A stretch of 64,000 bases of DNA from a virus. The first letter of the stretch is position 1, and every line of letters starts with the position of its first letter. Under the pieces are notes generated by a model. That model was not told where the DNA came from. It did not search any database and was given only the letters and a program-made list of their open reading frames with translations. The DNA lies in the IMG/VR virus record IMGVR_UViG_3300025151_000019, positions 31,640-95,639 of that record. One strand, 5' to 3'. Made by a program: the position numbers and the translations under genes. Positions 20,496 to 30,147 of the stretch are shown here, piece after piece.

Positions 20496-20942
20496 TCATA
20501 CCATCCCTGCTTTTTTCTTTTCTTCTTCGGACATTAATTTAGTGTCCTGTCTAATTCTTTCTTTTAGAGTCATTACCTTAGGCTCAGTCTCCACCATATT
20601 TGTTGTATCTGTCTCCACCTGTCTTTTAACAGGTTTTTGAATTTCTTCAGTCTCTTCAAAATCTTTTTCACCACCAAAATCAACAGTTGCTGTCTTTAGA
20701 AAACTTGTTAATACAAATGAAACCATACTGTTTAGTTCCTTTCTAAGATGTGCAGACATATCATTTGCTAAATCCGATTGCTTAAGAATGTCCCATTTAG
20801 TGCTACTGTCCATATCATTAATTAAACTATCAACGATAGATACAGTTATTTCATCAGCATTAAGAATGTCATTGATAGTCCATATCCTTTGCTGAATTGC
20901 CTTTTCAATAAGACCACTTTTTAGAAATTTAGAACCAGTCAT
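20496..20942 (-). CDS. Hypothetical protein (likely start MTGSK)
   Basis: ORF in the operon; start refined to reduce overlap with the upstream gene. Confidence 0.5.
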   Translation of the reverse strand: MTGSKFLKSGLIEKAIQQRIWTINDILNADEITVSIVDSLINDMDSSTKWDILKQSDLANDMSAHLRKELNSMVSFVLTSFLKTATVDFGGEKDFEETEEIQKPVKRQVETDTTNMVETEPKVMTLKERIRQDTKLMSEEEKKKAGMV

Positions 20943-21831
20943 ATTGGTCGCCCCCGTCTGCCGCTTCACAATGGTCATAATGTCCACAATGAATACACTT
21001 CTTGTAAAAGAAAGATGCCTTGAAATCGTTTTCCATATACGCTTCAATCAACTTATCAATAGACCTCAATACAGCAGTTTCGGAACGCTTACTAACCTTT
21101 TCAGCATAAACATAATTAGATGCTGGATAATACCAAGCCCAATGGGTAAATTGAATATTAGGGTCAAGACCATTTTCAATAAGCAACTCTCTATCAGCGT
21201 TATCAAAGAGCAACTTATAGAAAGCCATCTCTTTACGCATCATTGTTTTCTTACTGTCTTTCCAAGCACCAGTTTTTAATTCCATAGGAATATAACCATT
21301 GTCCTCAAAAAACAATCTATCAATAATACCCTGAAGGTGAACTGTAATTCCACTTTCGGTTGTGAACTTGGCATCCAACTTAATCTCATTTCCAATAGGT
21401 ATAAATGTATCAAGTGTATCATCCTCATTACATTCAATGAATCTCTCAGTATTATATGCTGACATAGCCGTATAAAGAACTTCGTATTCCTCGTTATCTG
21501 TTTCTGGGTAAAGACTTCTGAAATGCTTTTGTAATTCCATAGGGTCTTTGACTAATTTTTTTGCGTCGTCAATCTTAACAATCTTCCAAAATTCTTCTTG
21601 TGCGTTGTGAACAATAGTTCCTTTAATCATCGCAGGGGAAGTTTTCTGTTTAATGCTCTCAATGTAGTTATACCTATAAGACAAATTACAGAAGTTAAAA
21701 GTTCCAATAGAAGATTTAGTAATCTTCAACATCGGTCCTTCTTCATTATTTGGTTCCCATAAATATGTATATTCTCCGTTTTCTGTTCTCAATTCAATCA
21801 CCTTTTCTTTTGTTTTGTCGGGAAGAATCAT
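20929..21831 (-). CDS. Cas4/AddB-like PD-(D/E)XK exonuclease with an Fe-S staple
   Basis: N-terminal Cys, GTIVH, GIIDRL, ELKTG and C-terminal CIHCGHYDHC. Confidence 0.85.
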   Translation of the reverse strand: MILPDKTKEKVIELRTENGEYTYLWEPNNEEGPMLKITKSSIGTFNFCNLSYRYNYIESIKQKTSPAMIKGTIVHNAQEEFWKIVKIDDAKKLVKDPMELQKHFRSLYPETDNEEYEVLYTAMSAYNTERFIECNEDDTLDTFIPIGNEIKLDAKFTTESGITVHLQGIIDRLFFEDNGYIPMELKTGAWKDSKKTMMRKEMAFYKLLFDNADRELLIENGLDPNIQFTHWAWYYPASNYVYAEKVSKRSETAVLRSIDKLIEAYMENDFKASFFYKKCIHCGHYDHCEAADGGDQYDWF

Positions 21832-22310
21832 TTCCTCCCTTTCTCTTTTTTTAGTTCGTCAATGTAATGACTTGCCTCCTGTCGTGTATTGATACCTTCC
21901 ATATCTCCACCAAGTTTCTTAATGAACTTAATTTGATTTTCAGTAGGCTCTTTATCTGCGTTTTCTTTGGAGACTTTCTTTGTTGCACTTTCTAAGTTTG
22001 ACCTTAACATAGATGCAGTAGTTAAATCATGACAACGCTTACATAACTCAACTACATTAGACCTTGCACTAATTAGATGGTCTAAACCTTCTTTTTTGCA
22101 TTTGTGTTGTGAAATAATGTGGTGCCATTCGGTATAACCGTCTTTAGGTGTGCAACCACAAATAGTGCAAGAGCCTTTTTTGACCCATAGTTTTTGTTCT
22201 TCTTCTTGTAGTTCTACAAGTTTTATTTCTAATGAATCATATGTGTCTGATAGCAATTGCATCTCACTTTTGATTTCTAATATTTTCTTAATATTACTTT
22301 TACTTCTCAT
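21828..22310 (-). CDS. HNH endonuclease
   Basis: CTIC..EWHHII..NVVELCKRCH. Confidence 0.8.
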   Translation of the reverse strand: MRSKSNIKKILEIKSEMQLLSDTYDSLEIKLVELQEEEQKLWVKKGSCTICGCTPKDGYTEWHHIISQHKCKKEGLDHLISARSNVVELCKRCHDLTTASMLRSNLESATKKVSKENADKEPTENQIKFIKKLGGDMEGINTRQEASHYIDELKKEKGRK

Positions 22311-22311
22311 T

Positions 22312-24714
22312 TTACCACCAACTATCTAATGTAGTCTGTCGGCCTTCATTGGCTATTCCCATTAAATCCCACCTTAGAGATTCATAAATCAATTTGACTT
22401 TCTTCACAATTTCAGATTCAGCAAGTCTATTCCAATTGATAGGATAGAAGTCTTCTACTTCTTCATACTTCTTAAATGCAATATACTCAACATTCCTTGT
22501 TTTATCACCAACATTGTATTTTGTTGGATATTTTTTAATACGCTTATTATCTACATTGTAGTAATAATAACTATCACCAACCTCAATCGTTCCAATTTGT
22601 TCATTATAAATTAGAACACCAGCAGAACCACCAGCGATTGATTCATATTCATCTAATGACTTTCGCAATCGGGTTCTCTTAATGACGGATTTAGGGTCAT
22701 ACTTTCCGTTCTTTACAAGTTTATACATGGCTCTTGTATATTTAGTGACTTCATTTTCATCTTTTCCAGATGCTACCATTTCAAGCACCTGTTTTTGAAC
22801 CTTTTTAGCCAACTTGGTTTCGTTAGATTTTTTCATTTCAAAGCCCATAACGAAAAATTGTTTTTCAGAAATAGTTTCGCCTTCTTTCCAACTCAGGAAT
22901 CCACAGTAGCGATTCTTTTTCTTAGATAAAAAGAAGGTTTCTGCATACTTCTCAAACTCCAAAACTACATTGTCATTGAACACTTCTTTTTGGATGTATT
23001 CATTTAACTTAATACACAATTGTTCGGCATCTGCAATATCCTTTACCTTCACAAAGATTGAATCCGTGTGTCCATAGATAACCGAATAACCCAACTCTTG
23101 AGACTTGAATGCAACACTTCTCATAGCCTCTCTCGCTGAAGCCGTAATTGCTTGAGCCATTTCCATATCTCCCCATCCATAACCGTCTTTCGCCAAAACG
23201 CCATAGAGAGCGTTCACACCACGCTTTGTAGCCATTTGTGCTGAATCCCACTTTCGGTATTCCTCATCATTCTTGGCCTCCTTTCGCTTCTTCTTGTATT
23301 CATCACGCAACTTCATTAGGGTCAAAACCGCCTTCGGCAACACGCCCAATGAATCCTTCGTAAAGGAAACACTTGGTTTATCTGGTTTGTATGCTACAAG
23401 ATTTTTAGGTGTTGGAAAGTATACTTTGTGAGCATCTTGGTTTTGAGTTTTTGTTTCCCATGAAATGTTTCGTGCGGCCATCATGCTTGGGTATAGAGAT
23501 TTAAAATCAAAGATGGCTACATTTTCATGTCTTCCATAAGTGTCTTCTTCATCTGGGTCCATAACGAAAGCCGCTTCATATTTTGTTTTATTACCTTTAA
23601 CTCCTGTCGGTGCTTTCCAATCCGAATGACGCATAAAATATGCCGCACCCATTTGTGAATTATGGAACACGCATTCAAATGGACAGATAAATAACTGCTG
23701 AAGTGCAATATCATTCTGTGTGATGTTCATCTCATTATCCATGCGAACCATCAATTCTACATCCACTCGGTTATACTCAAGGAATGTTTCACTATCTTCT
23801 AACCAAGAACGCAGAAAAAATTCATCCTCATCAAATTTAGATGTTTTAGAAACTTTACCTGCGTCTTCACCAAGCACTAACTTGGAACAGTCGTCTAATT
23901 TAAGAGATGGTAGTGTTCCTCTTTGTGCATCAAGCCAAAGTCGTTCAAAGCGAGTCATTAGACAATAGGTAATTCTACCCTTAATAGGTTGAGCCGCATT
24001 AGTGTAATTGATATTGTATAATTTAGTGTCAGACACTCCACGCACTTCACGATGAGGACTTAACTTTCGTGGGCTAATATCATTAAGATGCATTCTTTCA
24101 ATAATCTTAGGAATATCAAAACCAAGAAGATACCAACCAATAATCATATCTGGGTCTTTTTCTTGGACGAATGCAACAAACGCTTCTAACAAATCATGCT
24201 CATCCTCATAGACCAATACCCCATCATATTCTGGAAGAGGTTCTTGTGGAAAATGAGTCATAACAAAGTATTCCTTATCATAAGAATCATAGAAAGTTAA
24301 TGCGTTAATTTGACCATCATAACGACCACCGACTTGTGTTTCAATATCAAGATACCATTTACGCATATTATATTCAGGAATTTCTGTAAGCACATCATTA
24401 GCATATTTACGGGCAAGTGAAATATCACCTTCATATGTATAGTCCCAAAAATCACGGGCTTCATATAAGTCCTGTGTAGTGTTAAATGAAACCTTAATTA
24501 ACTCACGGTTATCAAGAGAATGATAATCACCAAAGTTATACTGAGGCTTAATATTCTCCATCCAACGCTTTTTAGTAGGAATAGTAGTGGGCATTTCACT
24601 ACCTTTCCTAATATAAAAATAAGGCTTAAAAGTTGTAATACTACTTGTCATTCTTTTTCCTTCTTCATCTCTCCATCTAAGTTCAACATTGCTTCTTGCA
24701 TCACTAATAATCAA
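22312..24714 (-). CDS. polB: Family B DNA polymerase
   Basis: Exo I DIET; pol motifs DFKSLYPS, KRGVNALYG, YGHTDS and KKNRY; no intein. Confidence 0.97.
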   Translation of the reverse strand: MIISDARSNVELRWRDEEGKRMTSSITTFKPYFYIRKGSEMPTTIPTKKRWMENIKPQYNFGDYHSLDNRELIKVSFNTTQDLYEARDFWDYTYEGDISLARKYANDVLTEIPEYNMRKWYLDIETQVGGRYDGQINALTFYDSYDKEYFVMTHFPQEPLPEYDGVLVYEDEHDLLEAFVAFVQEKDPDMIIGWYLLGFDIPKIIERMHLNDISPRKLSPHREVRGVSDTKLYNINYTNAAQPIKGRITYCLMTRFERLWLDAQRGTLPSLKLDDCSKLVLGEDAGKVSKTSKFDEDEFFLRSWLEDSETFLEYNRVDVELMVRMDNEMNITQNDIALQQLFICPFECVFHNSQMGAAYFMRHSDWKAPTGVKGNKTKYEAAFVMDPDEEDTYGRHENVAIFDFKSLYPSMMAARNISWETKTQNQDAHKVYFPTPKNLVAYKPDKPSVSFTKDSLGVLPKAVLTLMKLRDEYKKKRKEAKNDEEYRKWDSAQMATKRGVNALYGVLAKDGYGWGDMEMAQAITASAREAMRSVAFKSQELGYSVIYGHTDSIFVKVKDIADAEQLCIKLNEYIQKEVFNDNVVLEFEKYAETFFLSKKKNRYCGFLSWKEGETISEKQFFVMGFEMKKSNETKLAKKVQKQVLEMVASGKDENEVTKYTRAMYKLVKNGKYDPKSVIKRTRLRKSLDEYESIAGGSAGVLIYNEQIGTIEVGDSYYYYNVDNKRIKKYPTKYNVGDKTRNVEYIAFKKYEEVEDFYPINWNRLAESEIVKKVKLIYESLRWDLMGIANEGRQTTLDSWW

Positions 24715-24929
24715 TCTATCACATCCATTTCTAATAGTCTATCATGTAGGTATTGACATTGTTCAGGTAATACATGACATTGACCACTTGCTCGGTAGCC
24801 GCTAACATAAATAGCAGGCTGTCCTTTGAATATAGGATTCATACAAAGTTTGCATCTCGCTAACCCTGTTCCTTTCTTTACACCAAATCCAATAGCCATT
24901 ATATCACAATCCATGAGGTTGTGCTTCAA
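24711..24929 (-). CDS. Stand-alone PARP-type zinc-finger-like protein
   Basis: GTGLARCKLCMNPIFKGQ...CH..C. Confidence 0.5.
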   Translation of the reverse strand: MKHNLMDCDIMAIGFGVKKGTGLARCKLCMNPIFKGQPAIYVSGYRASGQCHVLPEQCQYLHDRLLEMDVID

Positions 24930-25944
24930 TTTGTCCTGCTTGAGTTACTCGGCAAAATTTAGCATTGTTTCTAAATTCGTTTAGGTCAATAGCACCAACA
25001 TAACTCATTGACGACCTAACACCATCATTAATATCCTGAACAATCCTACTTACCTTACCCTTGTAAGGAGTAATCTTTGAATTACCTTCAACATTTTTAA
25101 CCTCTTCACCACGAGCAACTTTAGATTCAATAGATGCAGACCCTTGATACTTTTTGAATAGTTTCTCATTAGGCCATTTACCCGTTTTAGCAATAGAACC
25201 TGGAGTTTCTTTTGTTCCTGAAAACAAAGAACCAATCATAACTGCATCAGCACCAAGAGCCAAAGCCTTAGCAACATCACCTGTTGTTTTAATTCCACCA
25301 TCAGCAACAATAGCAACATCCAATAATTCTTCTTCAAGGAAAGAGAAAATGTCATTAAGAGCCGTTGCTTGAGGAACACCTACTCCAGCCCTAATGCGAG
25401 TTTCACACATTGAACCATTACCAATACCGACTCTAAGTGTATCAGCACCTTCTTTAATTAAGTCCATAGCACCAGCCTTAGAAACAATATTACCTACCAT
25501 GACATGAATATCAGGATATTCAGATTTAATATAACTCGTCATTTCCATAGGAAGAGAATGATGCCCGTTAGCAACATCAATACAAACACCGCCAACTTGA
25601 GTATATTTAAGCAACTTGTCCAGCCTTTCAATACCGTTATTGCCGACACCAATGGCCGCCATATAATTTTGAACACCGTTAGCATCAATTTCATCACACA
25701 TATCAACCTGTTCATCTACACTTTGGAAACGATGCAAAACACCCATTCCTCCAAGTTTAGATAATTCAACGCACATATTAACGCCACAAACCGTGTCCAT
25801 TGGAGAAGCAATAAGAGGTGTAGCAAGAGAATATTCTCCAATATTGGTGTATAATTCGCATTCAGCACGACTACCAATACCAGACCATGTAGGTATAATA
25901 CTAATGTCGTCATAAGTCAAACTCATTCTTTCTTCAATTTTCAT
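24904..25944 (-). CDS. IMP dehydrogenase / GMP reductase family protein without CBS domains (possibly GuaC-type)
   Basis: SPMDTV, DVANGH, GIGNGSMCETR (catalytic Cys), ADGGI, YQGSAS..KNVEG. Confidence 0.9.
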   Translation of the reverse strand: MKIEERMSLTYDDISIIPTWSGIGSRAECELYTNIGEYSLATPLIASPMDTVCGVNMCVELSKLGGMGVLHRFQSVDEQVDMCDEIDANGVQNYMAAIGVGNNGIERLDKLLKYTQVGGVCIDVANGHHSLPMEMTSYIKSEYPDIHVMVGNIVSKAGAMDLIKEGADTLRVGIGNGSMCETRIRAGVGVPQATALNDIFSFLEEELLDVAIVADGGIKTTGDVAKALALGADAVMIGSLFSGTKETPGSIAKTGKWPNEKLFKKYQGSASIESKVARGEEVKNVEGNSKITPYKGKVSRIVQDINDGVRSSMSYVGAIDLNEFRNNAKFCRVTQAGQIEAQPHGL

Positions 25945-26207
25945 TTTTTCTCTCTCCCTAATACTTTTTCTTCATTAATTTTTAAGTCCCCAAGAACCCA
26001 TCGGAGGGCATTAATAACTCCCTCTAATCCTTTGTAGTTTCTCATGTGTTTCATAAGAAGCGGTTTTGGTTTTCTCATTTGTAGTGCCGTTAGATGTTTG
26101 TTTTGTTCTCTTTCGGCTTTACTCAATAAGTTTTCTATCTCTTCCCATGTTCTTTCATATGAAAAGTTTTCACTATCTTGGTGGTCATTCATCTTCTTCA
26201 TCTCCAT
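25941..26207 (-). CDS. Hypothetical protein
   Basis: ORF coupled to neighbours in the operon. Confidence 0.5.
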   Translation of the reverse strand: MEMKKMNDHQDSENFSYERTWEEIENLLSKAEREQNKHLTALQMRKPKPLLMKHMRNYKGLEGVINALRWVLGDLKINEEKVLGREKK

Positions 26208-26439
26208 ATATTTTGTAGGTCACATTATACATGTAATCTTTGTCGGCTGTTAGTCCTGCAAGGTTAAATTTTTGATAAACAACCACACCATAATAGCATG
26301 ATTTACAACACTTACCTTCCATTACAGGTTCGGCGTTGTATGCTTCATCAAGATGTTCTTCTTTACAGATGCAACATTTATTGCTTTGCATCCTCATTAC
26401 CATTTTGTTCAGCCTCCATCTTACAAATTGGACATTCAC
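26185..26439 (-). CDS. Small Cys-rich (Zn-binding) protein
   Basis: CCIC..YNAEPV..GKCCKSC; true start probably a downstream Met. Confidence 0.5.
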   Translation of the reverse strand: MNVQFVRWRLNKMVMRMQSNKCCICKEEHLDEAYNAEPVMEGKCCKSCYYGVVVYQKFNLAGLTADKDYMYNVTYKIYGDEEDE

Positions 26440-26596
26440 TTGTAATCAAATCTTTACACCATCCACCGTTATGTATGATGCCTGCCGCTTCAATATTCAT
26501 AGCATTAGCCATATATTGAATCATGCCTGTCATTTGTAAGAGCATATCTAATGGTTCTGCTCTGCTTTCTTGTTCTTTGTTTTGTTCTTCATTCAT
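26378..26596 (-). CDS. Hypothetical protein with a CPIC motif
   Basis: ORF in the operon. Confidence 0.45.
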   Translation of the reverse strand: MNEEQNKEQESRAEPLDMLLQMTGMIQYMANAMNIEAAGIIHNGGWCKDLITSECPICKMEAEQNGNEDAKQ

Positions 26597-26600
26597 TTTA

Positions 26601-27368
26601 TCAACCTTCTATTCTTGGTGCTCTCAGTAATTTGTAGTCGCCATTGATAACTGAGATTGGCGATTCATCATTGTATGAAATGTAAGTAATACCAGCCTTT
26701 AGGTATTTGAAAAATGGTGCAGAGAACTCAACAATAGCATCTTCACCAACAGATTCCATAGGCTCAATATCAAATTCAACAGACTCGCTACCTTTAGTAG
26801 ACGAAATTCTAAGTTCAGTATTAACAACATAAGTCATTTTGTATACTGAATTACCCACAACTTCACATTCTTTGAAAGCCTCCACTAAGTCAGCAGTAGG
26901 AACTTTAAGACGAGTAGTTAGGGAAGTTCTTGAACTAATAACAACAGGTTCTTCCATGTTGCGACTCATAGTAATATTAGATACGCTATGGATAATATTA
27001 TCGTTGTATTGGTGTCGTTCAAGAACAGGCAACTTTACAGACTTCTTTTCTGTGCTAATAATAAGTCCATTATCTTCCAATCGGAATAAACAGACTTCAT
27101 TACTAAGATACTTTAGTAAAATATCCGTATCAATTGCAAAACGCCCTTCAACAGTATTCTCATATTCTTCCAGAGAAATTTTATTCTCTACGAATGTTGC
27201 AGGGTCAGCATTCCAAATACTACATTTCATCTCTTCAGCATCAACACCCATAACAATAGATGAAGATAGAGTGGTTTGTTTGTTATTTGTTCCATAGTTC
27301 CACTTTCCTTTAAGCAACACGCTTTCAATTTTTTCTTTCATTTCTTTTCCATTTACTTTAAATTTCAT
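26601..27368 (-). CDS. pcn: DNA sliding clamp (PCNA-like)
   Basis: 255 aa two-domain alpha/beta pattern ending SPISV..KLLRAPRIE (compare PCNA LAPRIE); RFC genes nearby. Confidence 0.75.
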   Translation of the reverse strand: MKFKVNGKEMKEKIESVLLKGKWNYGTNNKQTTLSSSIVMGVDAEEMKCSIWNADPATFVENKISLEEYENTVEGRFAIDTDILLKYLSNEVCLFRLEDNGLIISTEKKSVKLPVLERHQYNDNIIHSVSNITMSRNMEEPVVISSRTSLTTRLKVPTADLVEAFKECEVVGNSVYKMTYVVNTELRISSTKGSESVEFDIEPMESVGEDAIVEFSAPFFKYLKAGITYISYNDESPISVINGDYKLLRAPRIEG

Positions 27369-27383
27369 ATTATCAACTCCTTA

Positions 27384-27480
27384 ATGGGGAAACGGCAACG
27401 AATTGGAGGCGAATTCGTTGTCAGCAATAAAGCCGTTATTATCTGACTAACCCCAACATTAGGCTCACACCCTTAGCCTA
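27384..27480 (-). other. Structured intergenic element upstream of the clamp gene
   Basis: Nested inverted repeats CAACGAATT/AATTCGTTG, GTCAG/CTGAC, AATAA/TTATT, TGGGG/CCCCA and TAGGCT/AGCCTA, plus a possible pseudoknot AACGGC/GCCGTT. Confidence 0.45.
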
Positions 27481-27481
27481 A

Positions 27482-28405
27482 TCAAAGAGAGCCATTTCTA
27501 ATAGCCTCAATACCTGTCCATTCAACCTTTCCACCATTACTTTGCATAACAGTAAAGGTCTGCCCAACATTTTCATTGTTGGTTTTAGACTTTCGGACAT
27601 GGGCAGTAAGTTTGAAAGTCTTTCCCTTTTCTTCCTTTTTACACTCAATATATTGGAACAGTTTTGCCGTGGTATTCTTTTCCCAATCTGGCTTTGTTCC
27701 AACAATAGAAAATCCATCATGCACTTCTTTCATGTGCGTGATGAAAAATTTGTGGCATCGCAATTGACAAGCAGCCTTAAACAAACGCTTGTATTCCTCA
27801 GTCCTTGCATACCATTGGGTTGGAACCATTTTAACTTTATCAGCCTGTCGTGGGTCGCCACCCTTAATATGATTCAAACGAGCAATCATGTTTGTAGTAT
27901 CAAGCCAAGTATCAAGACCATCAAAAACAATAGCCTTAACTGCTTCAATTTCAACTTCATCGTCGCCATCTTCAATCTTACCTGTTTCAATTGCTTCATT
28001 AACCATAGCAATAAAATAACGAGCCATGTCAGCAGTAGCCAAATAATCAACAGTCATATCTTCATTATAGACATGAGGATTGAAGATAACAATCTTTTCA
28101 TCTTCACTCCAATGTTGTCGCCATGTAGGTTCTGCACCTTCATCAAAATCAAGAATGAAAAGCCAATGCGTTTCACGCTCTTCTTTTGTTCGGCAATCCA
28201 ATGCTAAACCCGTTTTACCCGTTCCAGGATTTCCACTAATTCCACAAATTAGAAACGCCTGTTCTTGTTCAAGCAATTTCTTTCGTTGGTTCATAGCACG
28301 AAGTTTGGCTTGTTTGAAAGCCGAAGCACTATTGTTTTCTTTTGCTGCTTGGAGAGTAGCCCCTGCTGCATTTCCTTTCTTATTTCCAATTCCCATATTA
28401 TTCAT
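27482..28405 (-). CDS. P-loop ATPase (Sak4/AAA_24, RecA-like recombination protein)
   Basis: Walker A GNPGTGKT, LDFDEG, Walker B IVFDGLD, FITH. Confidence 0.7.
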   Translation of the reverse strand: MNNMGIGNKKGNAAGATLQAAKENNSASAFKQAKLRAMNQRKKLLEQEQAFLICGISGNPGTGKTGLALDCRTKEERETHWLFILDFDEGAEPTWRQHWSEDEKIVIFNPHVYNEDMTVDYLATADMARYFIAMVNEAIETGKIEDGDDEVEIEAVKAIVFDGLDTWLDTTNMIARLNHIKGGDPRQADKVKMVPTQWYARTEEYKRLFKAACQLRCHKFFITHMKEVHDGFSIVGTKPDWEKNTTAKLFQYIECKKEEKGKTFKLTAHVRKSKTNNENVGQTFTVMQSNGGKVEWTGIEAIRNGSL

Positions 28406-28616
28406 CTCCTAATTGGTGTTTAAATTGTTCTTTTAATTGCTTAAACTGTTGCTCAAACAATTGACGGGTGAACTGTTTCCCGCTTTTCAAATGGATTCTT
28501 ACTGAATATGGATTATCTGGTTCTTCTTCCAATCTCTTCCATTCAATAGATTCCACTTCGGCCATATCAAAACAAAGTTGATGTAGCCTAAAATAAGTTG
28601 TGTTTTCTCTAATCAT
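28398..28616 (-). CDS. Small hypothetical protein (start MIRENT)
   Basis: GGTGA RBS directly before the ATG at 28616. Confidence 0.5.
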   Translation of the reverse strand: MIRENTTYFRLHQLCFDMAEVESIEWKRLEEEPDNPYSVRIHLKSGKQFTRQLFEQQFKQLKEQFKHQLGDE

Positions 28617-28728
28617 GTATATCACCTGTTTGGGCATCGCACCCTTTCGTATGTCATTCAAACCGCCACATATACACGGCAACTCGTAGATTGTTGGTGT
28701 ATCTCTATGACAACAACCTAAGCGAGAT

Positions 28729-28881
28729 TTACAATTCAGCCAACCTATCGCTAAGAAGCAAAAGTGCTGATGCCCAAAGACCGACAAAAATTCCTAAGTC
28801 GTGGTCATAAAAAGCATAGATACCGATACTTCCAATAATAGATGTAAGGCTACTGTAAAGTCCAATCTTTCTGTAATCCAT
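28729..28881 (-). CDS. 50-aa two-helix membrane protein (not in the ORF track)
   Basis: MDYRKIGLYSSLTSIIGSIGIYAFYDHDLGIFVGLWASALLLLSDRLAEL; GGTGA upstream. Confidence 0.6.
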   Translation of the reverse strand: MDYRKIGLYSSLTSIIGSIGIYAFYDHDLGIFVGLWASALLLLSDRLAEL

Positions 28882-28887
28882 TAAAAA

Positions 28888-30138
28888 TCACCAATAAGAT
28901 AGTTCTTCATCGCTTTCGGTTTCTTCCACTTCAGGCGCAACACCCAAAGCAATACGGGGAAGAATACCATACACATTCAATGAAACAGGATTCCATTCAT
29001 CATCAAGAACATTTCCGTCTGAATCCTTCTTCTTGGTTTGATTGGTTCGGCCAATGACAATAACATCGGAACCAACACCGAAATCAATATCCACATTAGA
29101 TGGAACCCAACATGGGGTTGAATCGGGAATCTCTTCTTCTTCAAAACCATAATTTCCATCAGCAGGTTCAATCCAAATAACACGGTTGCCCGTTCTTTCA
29201 TTAACAGTCAAGTTCATGCTACTTACAATTCCATCCGTGATACAAAGTTTCATTCCAGGATTTGACATAATTTGCTGGTGATAGTCTTCAATCTCCATCA
29301 AGTCGGCAACATAACTTTCCATGTGTTCAGCCAAAAGGTCTTCCATAGAAGGAGTATTACCAACAAACAAATCATCTTCAGCATCAAGATTGTCATTGTA
29401 GCGGATAGAACTAAGTGTGCTGGTTCTAATTCCATAACAAGCATTACGCTGGTCATTAAAGAAAGCGTGGAGGTGAACCCATCGGAAAGATTCAACAGAC
29501 CAATTCTTTGCGAGACTGTCTTTCAAACCAAGTGTCCAATACTGATAATCTCCACCCTCTTTCTTTGCGATAAAGTGAACTCGTCGTCGCCATTCTTCAG
29601 CAGGAAGAGGCTTACCGAAACGACTGTTTTTATCACCACTTGAATATGCTTCCAAGTTATCAATAGGAACAATCCACTTTCCTTCATCCACTTCAATAGA
29701 GGAGTTAGGTAGGTCGGGGATAACCTTTGTTTCAACATCACCGTTTCGCAGTTGGCTCTTTTCATAAACACCGTTTTCAAGAACCACTTCAGCAACACGG
29801 CCTTCGTTAAAAACAGTATTTGCATTTGTGTTGTAGTCATTCAATAGAGTCTTACGACTCCATTCCTGAATATCACGGGCAGGTTCAGCACCAACTACAA
29901 AGCCAAAAGCCATATCGCCAAATGAATCAGTTGAGACTTTGCCGCTTTTCTTGGTTGCACTTCGCACAAATTGGCGAGTCAAAGCAAGAGCAGACCTCAT
30001 GTGCTTTTCATTTTCCAAATCCAACCCATTAGCGGTTGCAATTTCTTCCATCTTCGTTGTCATTTCTTCAGAACTGATACCAAGTTTGTTAGCCAATCCA
30101 TTCAGTTCATTCGTCATTCTTTCATTCATTTTTTTCAC
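28888..30138 (-). CDS. RPA/SSB-like OB-fold single-stranded DNA-binding protein
   Basis: C-terminal OB-like strands (GVGSDVIVIGRT..SLNVYG) and an acidic tail ending in W; replication context. Confidence 0.6.
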   Translation of the reverse strand: MKKMNERMTNELNGLANKLGISSEEMTTKMEEIATANGLDLENEKHMRSALALTRQFVRSATKKSGKVSTDSFGDMAFGFVVGAEPARDIQEWSRKTLLNDYNTNANTVFNEGRVAEVVLENGVYEKSQLRNGDVETKVIPDLPNSSIEVDEGKWIVPIDNLEAYSSGDKNSRFGKPLPAEEWRRRVHFIAKKEGGDYQYWTLGLKDSLAKNWSVESFRWVHLHAFFNDQRNACYGIRTSTLSSIRYNDNLDAEDDLFVGNTPSMEDLLAEHMESYVADLMEIEDYHQQIMSNPGMKLCITDGIVSSMNLTVNERTGNRVIWIEPADGNYGFEEEEIPDSTPCWVPSNVDIDFGVGSDVIVIGRTNQTKKKDSDGNVLDDEWNPVSLNVYGILPRIALGVAPEVEETESDEELSYW

Positions 30139-30147
30139 CTTTTTGTT

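Noticed and set aside
20929-21831. Cas4-like gene as evidence of a CRISPR-Cas system
   Set aside because: No cas1, cas2 or array is present; solo Cas4-like nucleases are common in archaeal virus replication modules.
22312-24714. Possible inteins or introns in PolB, RNR or the helicase
   Set aside because: Lengths are normal, catalytic motifs are contiguous and no intein splice-junction motifs were noticed.
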